A stretch of 64,000 nucleotides of DNA, from contig OZ024741.1 in assembly GCA_964016885.1 (NCBI GenBank), positions 112,902,001-112,966,000 on the forward strand, in the 5' to 3' direction. The stretch is from Eledone cirrhosa. Its lineage: Eukaryota. The first letter of the stretch is position 1; each line of letters starts with the position of its first letter. The position numbers and the translations under genes are program-made. A model generated the notes under the pieces. That model was not told where the DNA came from, ran no database searches, and was given only the letters and a program-made list of their open reading frames with translations. Shown piece by piece: positions 26,929 through 39,170 of the stretch.

Positions 26929-27030
26929 CTGAATGGCTTTTTGGCTCAGTTTGGTACCAAATTGCCTAAGAGTTAGATTCAATGCTATGTATATTTCTTC
27001 ACCCAACAATGTAATGGAAAAATCGAACAT
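26929..27030 (-). CDS. PTP4A: First coding part of the spliced 55-aa small ORF (MFDFSITLLGEEIYIALNLTLRQFGTKLSQKAIQ); putative PRL/PTP4A uORF
   Basis: ATG at 27030 with an in-frame TAG four codons upstream; 34 open codons end at a consensus donor CAG|gtgagt in phase 0. The exon may extend to an acceptor at ~27355. Family assignment is unverified. Confidence 0.6.
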
Positions 27031-27399
27031 TATGATGATCTAGATAACTTTATTTTAGTTTATGTCCACAATAATTATATATTTTAATAGTAAATAATGT
27101 TTTTGTTTTCATTGCTTTGCTTTTTTTCAAAAATTATGGCTTCAGAGGCAGCAGAAAAATTACTTTTCAAATTATAAAATAACAGCACCACTATTTAAAA
27201 TGTTATTTTCCTGTGTTGGTTGTGGTGTTGGTTTGTTGGGTGGTTGGTATTTGGGGTATATGTTCATTTTAAATCGATTTGATTCTATCAAAGCCAGTTT
27301 GTGAAATTGAAATTATTTAATGTCACTTGAAGGTGACTTGTAGCCACAGTGAAGCCTGATATTATCAATAAAGAACATCATTACATGATAAAGCCTGGA

Positions 27400-28100
27400 G
27401 TACTTACAACCTATTCTAAAACATATCTCATGAGATGGAGGTTGTCAAGTATAGATCTGTCAGGAATCATACAGGTCTGTCCATTTCTGACTATGCTGTT
27501 AATGATAAGAGCAATCACCATTGTGAGCACATTTTCTAAAGCCTTCAGCTCTGTGTTCAGTAGAGTTACAGGCCTAAAGTTTTCTATCAGGTCCTTTTTT
27601 TTAGCATTCTCATCACTCTCCAGCTCACATAACTGTAAAGCCTCCCAGTCTGTTCCCAGCTGCAGGAGAGGCTGCCAAAACAGAAGCAAACAAATCTGGC
27701 ATGTAGAAGTAGAACTCATAATGTAGACTGTTGAATCTTAGCAATTTGTCCTGCACACTGTGATCCAAAACATCTACCACTTCATCTGCTGCGATTAGCT
27801 TTTTGCAGCACTCTGATACCCTGGTCAAGAGTCACAGTAGATTGTTGAGACATTGAAGTCTCTTATCTCAAGTCTGCCACACTTCGTAAAAATTTCAGCA
27901 AAGTGCTGCTGGAAAACAGCATGTACCTGTTTAGAGTCAGATTTCATGAACCTTCTGCAGGCTAGCAAAGACTAAATTGTGGTTTTGTTCCTACATTGCA
28001 CTTCTGCCACTCAGGCTCATTGAATGACTCTTGAGGCTTCATATTTTAGTGCATGTGCCCTAGAAAGGACAACACATCCTTTGAGTTTTCATTGAAGGTG
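27400..28100 (-). mobile_element. Tx1/L1-clade LINE RT fragment
   Basis: ENFRPVTLLNTELKAL...QTCMIPDRSILDNL matches the N-terminal L1/Tx1 RT motifs. Confidence 0.8.
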
Positions 28101-28759
28101 CTATGCATTGGAAATGAACTTGAAGCCATATTGTTGCAAAGTAAACTTCTTTAACCACAGATCAATATTAGAAAATGTTTTTGTATTGATATATCTCTCT
28201 GTTTGTGATTATTTATATAGAGATTGTTTTTTTTTTTCCTCTGTATTCTCTATGGGAAATGGATCATGGTTCCTAAATTTAGAATGTTTACATGTTGATT
28301 GTGGGAACAAATGATTTCATGGCACATTGTAGATAGAGACTTAATTCCTCTTAGCATCATTAAACACGTGGCTCAATATTAAAACAATTTACATGTTTAA
28401 TGCAGGATTAATTGAATAATTACTATAAAAATTCTTTATGCAGTTTAGATCATTATTTCATTTCCTGCAGCTGTGACCATTCACAAATCACTGAAGTCTG
28501 TAACGACTAAGATTTCATACTCTTAATTAGGAAAACATTCTTAATGAGATATAAATTCTTTCTCATTATTTAGTATTAATATATTATTTCAAGTTAGAGC
28601 AGCGAAGAGATATAATGTTCTTTATAGGTTTTAATCATTGTACTCTAATCAGTATATATTTCAGTCTGACACTAATATTTACCAATCCCTGTTTATCAAC
28701 TGAACACACTTGGCTCAGAAGTTAGAGTGTTTGGCTTATGAAAAATAAAGTTGTGAGTT

Positions 28760-28993
28760 TGATTCCTGGCAGTACATGTGCCCCTGAGCACAACACTATT
28801 TCATATTGCTTCAGGTTACACAGCTGGCAAAAATGAGATATAACTCTAATTCATTCACTGTATTATGCTGAGAATTATGTTATGGTTGCACAAGTCCATG
28901 GAATATTCAGCCACTTGCATGTTAATTGAAACACTTATTAGAACTGAGTCCAACAGAGACATTTTATCAAATAGCTAAGTTTACTATTTACCC

Positions 28994-29048
<55 letters not shown>

Positions 29049-29607
29049 CTATGGCTAAGCAATGAGTCTTGTTACCCTGTATATATCCATATACATACGA
29101 ATATATACACCACAAGAAGCGTTTTATGGCCATTTTCCATGCTAAAGAAGGTGTCTTTAGCCTTGTGGGCCTATGCCAGGTTCTATACCCATCGTAAAGT
29201 CTTTTCTTGGCAATATTTTACAGCCAGATGACCTTTTAAACACCAACCATTATAGTCACCTCTTAAGACATGCAAAGATACTGTGTAACTAATTTAAACT
29301 GAATACACAGAATATATATATATTTTTGTATATATATGTATATACTTGTGTGTTTGTTTGGGAAATCAAGTTACTTTGCAGCAAAGTAAACTTAGATAGT
29401 TGATGTAATGTCTGTGCTGGACTTCCATCAGTTCTAACAAGTGTTTCAATTGTTAACGTGCAAGTGGCTGAATATTCCATGGAGATAATATAATTCTCAG
29501 CATAACACAGTGAGTGAATTAGAGGTATATCTCACTTGTACCAGCTGTGTAATCTGACACAACATGAAATAGTGCTGTGCTCAGGGTCACAACGAGCTGC
29601 CAAGAAT
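28760..29607. repeat. Inverted pair of SINE-derived arms (~28760-28985 and ~29384-29607)
   Basis: For example, ccatggaatattcagccacttgca at ~28896 and tgcaagtggctgaatattccatgg at ~29459; similarity runs over ~220 bp. Confidence 0.85.
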
Positions 29608-29999
29608 AATTATCCTCTACATGTTTTTATCCAGCAAATTTCTCTCAAGGCATTGGTGAAACTGGAACTATAGAAAATGACATTTGCAAAGTAAACTTCT
29701 TGCCAACACGAGTATATCTGTATCTATATTGGGGTTCTTTTTTGTATACAATATAAAACAGCATGTTATGTCTAACAAAGATTGTCTATTCATATATTCT
29801 GATAAATGTAAAGATGATATTGTATGTGGTAGGTGTCAACAATTTCAAGAACAGAGAAAAGTATGAGGAGTGGATTTAGTTAAGTGCCTTGACCAGGAAT
29901 GAAAACCACATTACAAACATAGCTTTTAAGTAAAACATTACTTATATAAACTTGATAAGCATTCAATCTTCATTAATAAATATCGATATAAAAAAAAAC

Positions 30000-31377
30000 T
30001 TCATTAGACTGCATCCCTTTATATGACAGGTGCAATTGTGTAAGGTCAGCTTTTATTACCTCATCCCAAGTCTTCCATCGACTTTGAGCACTCTGCACTT
30101 TATACAGCTGTCATGCTTTGTGTGCATCACATGTCCATACCAATGCAATCTCCTCTCCTGCACACTGCATCTGATCTCTCTTATGCCTAATTTCCCTTAC
30201 AGTTCATTTATACTTTGCTGTTCATGTATATTACTGTTGCACATCCATCGAAGCATGGAGGCTTCATTTCTTTCCAATCTTCGCTGGTCTTCTGCACACA
30301 GTGCCCAAGTCTCTCTACGATGCAACATTATTGTTTGCATACATTCATCATGCAGTCTGCCTTTCATTTGTAAGGAAAAACGTTTTATAGTTAGCAAAGG
30401 TAGAAGCTCCCTGAACTTTCTCCAATCCAATCTTAGTCTGGCTACTGTGCTTTCAGAACTCCCTCCTCCACTTTTAATTTGCTTACCCAGTAACAGAAGC
30501 TATCTACTACTTCTAAAGAGTCTTCTGAACATTTGAAGGAGGTAGAATCTTGAGAGCTCTTGCTATTTACTGCTGCCCCTGTGCCACATATAAAACCTGC
30601 ATTCTTTGATAGCCTGCCTGAGATCCCACTACATCACTTGTGTAACTATAGTTTGCATTTGGGACATAGGATGGAATTTCTACCTTACTTTTCTGCACAC
30701 TTAGCAAGACCATTTCCCTGAGGAGATCTGAGCCATTTTCTTTTCTACTTATTAGAATCTTCATCTTTGCCAAGTTGACTTTAAAACCTTTTGATTCTAA
30801 GCCATGCTTCCAGGTTTGGAATTTCTTCTCTAATTCAGCCATAGATTCAGCTATAAGGGTTAGGTCATCTTCATACAGGTGTTCCCATGGGTAGCCAGTC
30901 TTAAACTCTTCTGTTATAGCCTGCAGGATAATAATAAATAGAAGAGGACTAAGAACTGAGCCCTGATGGACCTCAACAGGCACTCTACATTCTTCGCTAT
31001 AGTCATTGTTAATTCTGATCTTGTTGATTGTTCCTCTATACATGGCTTGTTTTGTACTCATCCACTCCAAGTTTTATAAGAGCCCACCAGATAATAGAAT
31101 GAGGGACTCTGTAAAACACTTTCTTCAGGTCCACAAAAGCCAAGTAGAGGGGTTTATCTTTAGCTATGTACTTCTCCTACAGTTCCCTAACAAGGAAGAG
31201 GACATCTGTGGTACTTTTATATGGTACAAATCCAAACTGTATCTTATCTAGGTTAACGTGTTCTCTGATCAGCTGTGCTTTAACTGAGACCTTCATAACC
31301 TGGTCAACCAACTTCATGCCACTATAATTTTCTCTGTCCAGGGCATCTCCTTTGCCCTTGTAACAGTTGATGATGGA
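30000..31377 (-). mobile_element. Decayed RTE LINE (RT to C-terminus)
   Basis: NCYKGKGDALDRENYSG, VHQGSVLSPLLF, LYEDDL and ERRLHWYGHV motifs; 5' end abuts (TA)n. Confidence 0.9.
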
Positions 31378-31952
31378 TATATATATATATATATATATAT
31401 ACCCAATTATGACACATAAGCTATCTAGAAGACAGTGTGATAATTTATAGCATAAGATTTGTTTTAAAGGAAAATCTGTCAATAACTTTACCCCCAGTAC
31501 CACACACTACCCCACCACCACTAAATAGAAAACAACAAAACAAGCAAATGATTGTTTGATTATTTCCTTATGTTAAACTCAACACCATTATAATTAAATA
31601 AAATTAAATGAGATTCCATTATTAAAAACAAATAAATATCTTTTTAGAAATTGTTGTCATTCAGTATTAGTTAAAAGTTTTATTTTTATAATCATTTCAG
31701 CTTCAGAAATTAAAATAGCATAAATATAAAAATAAAATCTATAAAATTATCGACAAATGATAGATAACACAGACACAGGTATAGTTGTGTGGTCAAGGAG
31801 TTAGCTTCACAACAGTGTGGATTAAGGTTCACTCCTACTTCAAGTGTCATTGTTGATTTGACCAATGCTTTATGAAATTTTAGTAGATGGAAATTGTAGA
31901 AATCTCTTATATATATATGTGTGTGTGTATTGTGTATATGTATGTGTGTATA

Positions 31953-32290
31953 CAAGGTGTATCAGAAAAGAAACAGGATTGGGATCATAAAAAATATTTC
32001 AAATCCAAACTACAAACTAAAAGTTTTCCCATCCGAAGTAATCTCCCTCGGGTCTAATACACTTTCTCATCCTTCTCCTATACGGCAGAATGCACCCTTG
32101 AAAGGATTCTCTACAGCTCTGTCATCACAGCCCTCTTGTTGGTTTTGCTGCTCGGTCTCCAGATTATACTCAAAGATCTGTGACTCTACACCAGTGATGA
32201 CTCTCCCCAGCAAGTCTGGTTTGGTTCCAAGATTCCTGAGGATGTCCTAACACCTTCTGGTCATCATTCAGCAGCTTTGACACCATCAAT
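31953..32290 (-). mobile_element. Internally deleted Tc1/mariner remnant
   Basis: Minus-strand VITGVESQIFEYNLETEQQ (cf. VITGDESWxxxYDPETK) and RMRKCIRPEGDYF; TA followed by a TIR-like end at 31951-31970. Confidence 0.75.
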
Positions 32291-33319
32291 GTTATCTAAC
32301 AACTATTTCCCTGCTAGAAACGTTTGGACAGGTCTATGTAGACCGAGTCAGTACTGAAGCAGGTCTAGTTACCTCCAACACAGGCCGAGGGAGGGGTCTG
32401 TATCTCACTTACTTGTAAGAATGTATCTTACATTCTATTAAGTGTACAGAGGAGGTTGTCATATCTTTGTCACAACTGAGGGCCCTCCCAACCCTATGTT
32501 TGGCAGGCTTTCTATGGCTGGATGCCGTTCCTATCACCAAATACTTTGCAGCATGTACTACGTGAGTTTATTATATATATCATCAACTATATACATGTGA
32601 GTGCATGTATGTTGTTTATGTCTGTGTTCACATTTGTGTCTGTAACTAAGCAATTTGACACAAAAGTGATTGATAAAATAAATGCTAGACTTGAAAAAGA
32701 AAAGGGGTTATTATGATTTACTCAATTCTTTTATCGTAGTGCTCCAGCATGGCCACAGTCAAATGGTTGAAACCAATAAAAGAATAAAAATTCAATTAAA
32801 TTTCAACTAAAATAAATATAAAATTCTAAAACACAAACTATCAAATTATCAATAAAAATATAGATAATACTTTAAAAGCTCCTCAGATTATTTTTCAATG
32901 ACATTAATTAAACATCTTTCAAATTAATGTACTATCTATTGTGGTAGATTGGCAAAATCATTAGTGTATCTGATGTAGTGCCTTGCAGTATTTTGTTATG
33001 GCCCTCTACATTCCAGTTTCAAATTCCACCAAGGTCAACTTTCCTCTTGGGTAGATCTGAGAATATTATGGCCAAGTCAGTGTGGAAGCAAATGTCCTTG
33101 TGGTAAGAGTGTTGGACATACGATCATAATGTCATGAGTTTGATTCCTTGACTGGATTGTGTGTTGTATTCAGTTGAAAATAAGTATCAGTAATAACTGG
33201 GGGTTTAACCCTGTGATGGACTGATGTCCTGTCCAGGAGGGAGTCATGTACAGTCAGTTGCTTAACACTACACCAGCCTGATGAGCCTCAAGACAGACTT
33301 TAGACTTTTTAGTGTAATG

Positions 33320-34160
33320 TACCATGTTTGGTACATATTTGTATCGCTTCTTGTCTGTTTTAATATTGAAATGCTGGCATATTTCCCGATGGAAATAGCT
33401 GCCAACTTCATCATATCTATGTATATAATCAAACTTGGCAAGGACTGAACAGCTGGAAATGATGTGGTCAACTGTCTCATTGTGCTGGTTGCATGGTCTG
33501 AATTTAATGTTAGCATTTTCTTTCACTGTTTTATGTTTGCAGTTACTTGTTGCTATGCGTTATTCTTGTGCAACTAAACTTCAATCTTTTATTTCTGCTT
33601 TTTAGCACAGAGCATTCGTGCAATTGTTCACTTTTCTCCTGGCTTACTTCCTCTCTGTTGAACATTGAGAGATATTGGACATGGAGTGGTTTTTATCTCT
33701 ATTTAATATTTTTGCAATTATTTGTGGCTAGGAATTGTTCCTGCTATTTCTACTTTTAGCACAGCGCATTTGAACAATTGGTGACTTTCACCCTGGCTTA
33801 ATTCCTTTCTGTTGAACCTTGATGGGTATTTGACGTGGAGTGAGTTGTATCGCCATTCCTTCATATATATTGGAATTCTTTTTTTTACTTTTTTTAAGTT
33901 TTTCAATTATTTTGTCCTTGTCTAAATTGGTTTCTTTTTTTTGTGTTGTTAGGTAAAAAGAAAAGACTGCTTTTTTGCCCCAGTTTTTTTATTCACTAAC
34001 CAGCTTTCCACTCCTTGCTACTAAATATTTTTACTTTGTTATTTTGTAGAAATGTTCTGCATACTTTGTGTGTGGAATAGGTATTGTCTATTTATATTCA
34101 CTTTAGGGTGCTGGATTTAAAATGCTGTCAGTAGTTTCCCAGTATTTCTTTCTATTCACA
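33320..34160 (-). mobile_element. Dong/R4 LINE remnant (zinc-knuckle region)
   Basis: RPCNQHNETVDHIISSCSVLAKFDYIHRYDEVG, a decayed CCHC-like motif. Confidence 0.75.
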
Positions 34161-35196
34161 TAACTACCACTTCATTATATTTCAATTAATTGATTAAATA
34201 TTTTGAGGGATTTACTTGAATTATTATTTCATTCATTACTAAGATAGTACCTTAACATTCATTTCTTATATAAAATTATGTTGTAAGATTTTAATTTGAA
34301 ATAGGAACCCTTTAAATAGATGATTTTGTTTCATAGAACTAGTTTTGGATAGATTAATATGAAAAGGGTAAAGCTGTAATTTATAACCAGGAAAGCTGGC
34401 AAATTTATGCTTATCATCATATTTCTAACATTCAGTTCACTTTATTATCTGAATCTGACTCTTCTGAAATAATGATTTATAATTTTCTCTTTTATTTAAT
34501 CAGTTTTATCTACTCCTATATATTTGTAGGGGTGAGGAAATCTGATTGTTTGACTATATCAAATGCAATATTCTCAATTCTTGTCTTCTTATACTAGTGT
34601 TGGCACATGTGTCTTATCCCATACTTATTCTTATGTCTTAGCTGAATATATAAAGCAATTTTAAGACATTTTTTTCTAGTTCGATGTTATCAGATAATTC
34701 ATATAGAGGGGATGGTTTATTGTTAGTGCATCTCATCTCTACCTTATGGATGTTTCATTCAGCAGGTTTGTTAATAGGGCCAGAGCTCAGCAAAAGAGGA
34801 GGGAGATGAGCCCACTTGGAAAATTTCTCTTCTTTCAAGGCTAGTTTTAATTTTGTGTCCTCTATTATATTGTCATATCATAATATGCAATGTTTTAAGA
34901 ATTGTCTGAGGAATTTCATTAGTATTGGGGCTGTTTTATTTAAAATCTCATTGGGATATTTTCCTTCTTCTCCAGTGTGATCCCTTAGCCCCATCTAGTT
35001 TTATACTGCACTGAACAATTTTCAAAATATCCTTCTTACTTTGCCCTGTTATTGCAATGACTGGCAATAGATTATCTCATCTTTTGACATAAATATTCTC
35101 TAACAGATGTTTTACAGTGGGACAACAAATGAACAATGTAAATTGTTTTCCTCTTTCTTCCATACTCCTATTTCTATTGCCACTAATACTACTTTA

Positions 35197-35197
35197 A

Positions 35198-35265
<68 letters not shown>

Positions 35266-35274
35266 AGTAGTAGT

Positions 35275-35327
<53 letters not shown>
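35197..35327. repeat. (TAG)n microsatellite
   Basis: Directly visible. Confidence 0.97.
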
Positions 35328-35328
<1 letters not shown>

Positions 35329-37719
35329 GGCATTTTATGTATAGCAAGTCCATATACATATTCTAATTTACAAAGATTATTCTAAAAATCTAAGGTGGCA
35401 TATGTTTGTGATGATACAAATTCATCTTCTTACTCACATTTTTAGAAATCCTGGTTTTCTAGTTTTCTGCATGTGTATAAGTAGTGTCTGTGCATGTATA
35501 TGCCTGCATGTGTGTGCATATATATGATGTGTGCAAGTGTGTTTGTGTGTATGCATGTATGTGCATATATGGATATATACATGATGCGTGTACGTGTATG
35601 TGTGTCTATGTATCAGCATTATCTTTTACCTCTTACATATATCAGATTTTCCAGGAAGTTCTTTGATTTTATTTTTAGTTTCATGTTTAACTGTACTTTG
35701 AGTTCCTGTAATCTCGGGAAAAATTCTTTTGTTCACCATGCAACAATTTTTTATTATTTTATTCTCAGGTATTTAGGTTTGTAGAATTTTCCGCTTTCTT
35801 CTAAACTGAGATATTCCAATCACTTAGACAACACATATCTGTCAGTATGGAAACCGTAAAGACATGCTTTTTTATGACTGTATCACACAGTGGTTAGATT
35901 CTATCTCTCCTATCAAAGTTTATTTGCATGTCCCTGAAAATAACGATGTTCATATATATCCACCAAAACGTCTGTTCTATGCTTATATACATCACCTTAT
36001 CTTCAGTTTGAATTATTCAATTCTATACATATTTTCTAATGGACATTGCTAGCTGCCCTGTCATGTGCATGAATATCTTTACGTACAACTAGCATGTATT
36101 TTTAAAGTGCAGTCTTAGTATTATTTTGGTGGTGGTGATGATGATGTCGATAGTGGTATTAATGCTTGGACTTCATTTTTTTTCATTCTTTGTATTTTAA
36201 GTAGCTTTCTATGATTTTTTTTATTACACCACTAGGTGAACTTTCTTTTTGTGTTTTTTCCATTGTAATGGAAGTGCTGTATACAATATGTGCAATGTAT
36301 AGTAGTGATATGTTTTGTTTGTTGTGAATAAGTACTGGAATTTTGATTATGTATATGTCTGCATCTGTTTTTAAGATTCCTAAGGCATATATTGGATCAT
36401 AAACTTAATCTGTCAGTCAGTTTAAATTCATCACCTAAAACTATGGTGCTTTTAGTGGAGTCCACTCTGTGCAAGCATTTAGGCTAGGTTTTCAGTTTGA
36501 AGGTACTTTTTTCCATTCCACCAGTCTCAGAGGCCTTGAAAAGGAGCATGGACACTGCCCTAATCTCCCTGACTAAGTATAATAGAAAGATTTATGGAGA
36601 TTGTTTCTGTTTTTGGTCAGATTTTAAATTGGGATAATTTCTCTATTTCTTTTAGATATATATTGTGATCCATTAAAATTGATGCATTGCGTAGATTTGT
36701 CTTTTCCTAATTGCATTTATCAATAACATCTGAATGATTTACCCTAGCCTTTCTCTAAGTGTGAACTAGTATGTTATTTTCGATGTTGTTACAGCTTAGC
36801 CATGCATATGTTTAACCAGCTATCTATGTGTTTACATTTTTTAAATTGCATTTGTGATAACATTTTGCACGTTTTTATTGTATGTAAACTTCCCCCTTTG
36901 TATTTGTCCCCTTCTTTTGTGCCCCTGTGGCTAATAAAAAAACATATCTATGTCTTTACATTTCATAGGAGTTCTTTAAAGTATTTTAATGAAAGGTCCA
37001 TATCATAATTATTAAAGTTGTCACTCATTGAAATACAAACCATGAAGGGTATCCATCTGTAAAACATTGCTCCAAAAGAACCACAAAATGAGTATTAAAC
37101 CCGTCATGAGGCTAGTCCCTGCTTTATTATGAAAAATGACCATAAAATGCTTGTTGTTGAAGCCTTATGGAAAATGTAGCCAAAATTGTTTTAGGAAAAC
37201 CCGTTCAAAGCAAGTTAGAAATAATGGAATGAAAATGGAACTGAAGTAAATCTTCATTTTTAACTTATATTTTACTAGCTTTCCTAAAACAATTCTAAAC
37301 TATAGGTTAGTTCTGCTTCTTTATTCCTGATCAAACTGATTAAATGTTGGACAAAAATAGAAAACAATATTTATGCTTGTTTTAAGAGACAATGAAAAGG
37401 CATATAACTTGGTAGTATTGTTTATAAAATGTTACCTAATAAAGTCTGAATGACAGGTGGAAGGCTATCAGTTCATACAACATAGCCTGCTGTAGATATT
37501 ACAGTAATAATGGGCATAATAAATAAGACTGTTTATTTAGAAACAGTAGTTGCAAAACATTTAGGGTATGTAATGTCATTTGTCACATGTTTTAGACAAA
37601 GGAAAATGTTCTCAATAGTTGTCACTGATGCTGTGTGCAAGTATAAAGGCAAGAGAAATTCACTGAAGGACATTCATTAGGGGGACTTAAAAGACTGATC
37701 AAATAATAAAAGCATCAGA

Positions 37720-38195
37720 ATCATATAGAGTGAATACAGAGTAAGTATGAAAAGGATACAATATGATGAAGTATGCAGAAAAAAAATGGAAAATTATACA
37801 ATAATGTTTAGTGTGCAAAATAAATATGAGATAAGTAGAATGGGGTTTAGTGTACATACTATATGAGAAATTTTATACAATACAGTTTAATGTAGAGAAT
37901 AATACAGTGAAATGTATGCAAAGGGGTTTAGTGAGCAAAAATACTTGTGAAATATATCCAACAGGGTTTAATGTACAGAAAAATGAATATGACATGAATG
38001 CATGTGAAATGTATGCAATGGGATTTAGTGTACAGAATAAATATGAAATGTATACAATGGAGTTTAGTGTACAGAATAATAAATAGGAAATGTATACAAT
38101 GTAGTTTACTGTAGAGAATAATAAATCTGAGTATATACTATGGGAATTAGTGTACACAATAAATACAAGATGTATACAATGGAGTTTAGTGAATA
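37720..38195. repeat. Diverged ~39-42-bp tandem repeat
   Basis: Consensus approximately aatatgaaatgtatacaatggagtttagtgtacagaata, about a dozen copies. Confidence 0.8.
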
Positions 38196-38883
38196 GGGAC
38201 AACTTTTGTTTTATTATGCATATATGAAAATCAACAAGTAAATGGTGAGCATTAAAAAAATAGTGGGAGGATAGTGGGTAATAAAAGAATTAAATGAAAT
38301 TTGGTGTACAACATAATTTATTTAAGATGTATACAATGGAGTTTCAGTTTATTCCAGAATCTATGACTGCAAATTCTTGAAACAGTTGCAGTGTAGTAAA
38401 AGTAGTTGTTCGATAGAATGATATTACTTAATCAATCTAGATGTTATAAGACAAATGTGAAACATATATGTAAGTTAGGAAGTAAGTCAAAGGTGTATGG
38501 CAGTCAAGATGACTGAGACTACTTATCTGAAGTAGCAGCAGAATTCAAAATAAACAGCTTTAACCAAATGTTCTTACATGCAGAAAGTATATCTTGTACA
38601 GTTAGTTCACAAATACAGGGCTATGAAATATCAGGTAGACAGATAGGAAATCAATACTGTTAGTGTTTCACATGAATTATTGTAGCAAGCAGTTCTAGAT
38701 GCAAGGTATTGAAAGCTTGGGAGCAAATGAGCTAGCATGTTCTTTTAGGAGAGATGGTCACCATTTTAGAAGGCTGCGTTGTTTTACGATTTAGAGGGGA
38801 GTTCGTTTCCCTAGCTTGGCTGCTAGAACATCTCTTCTATTTGTTGTTAGGTGTAGGCAAACAATTAAGCAAAAAGAACATAC

Positions 38884-39060
38884 CTCAAGATTATATGTAC
38901 ATGAGCATTTTAATCAGAGCAATAAACAAAACAGGTTATCATATCAGTTGCTCCATGATTGGTAATTCGTAATTATCATTTTGTGGCGGTGTTCAAATAT
39001 CCCGTGGCCGCATGGTGCAATATCGCTGTTTCACCACAGTGAAACGCATCTGCTCACATC
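38884..39060 (-). other. Candidate non-coding first exon with several very short uORFs
   Basis: Ends at donor GAG|gtatgt; CpG-rich relative to background; all ATGs close quickly (MRPRDI*, MIITNYQSWSN*, MEQLI*, MLMYI*). TSS position is a guess. Confidence 0.4.
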
Positions 39061-39089
39061 AACACACAAAGTTGAAAAGCGAGTGTATT

Positions 39090-39170
39090 CAGCTACTGAC
39101 GTCAGAACGTGACGTCAGAACTAAGGGCAGTTAATCGATTGCCTCCAAAGTCAAAGCTAGGTGGCGTGAT
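39090..39170. promoter_or_regulatory. Tandem full CRE sites in a CpG-enriched promoter-like patch
   Basis: TGACGTCA at 39097-39104 and 39110-39117. Confidence 0.55.

Noticed and set aside
15575-26965. Alternative splice reading AIWYQTEPKSHS-GVAKKISLSFNEMRLHCSTYMLR (CUB-like spacing) using a cttag acceptor at ~26966
   Set aside because: It needs a weak acceptor and a 37-nt exon, and I found no flanking coding exons. The ATG-to-stop 55-aa frame explains a longer open stretch. Not fully excluded without RNA-seq.
34560-36760. Possible very old CR1-like LINE on the minus strand
   Set aside because: Only faint motifs (such as IVLGD) are visible; too degraded to support as a feature.
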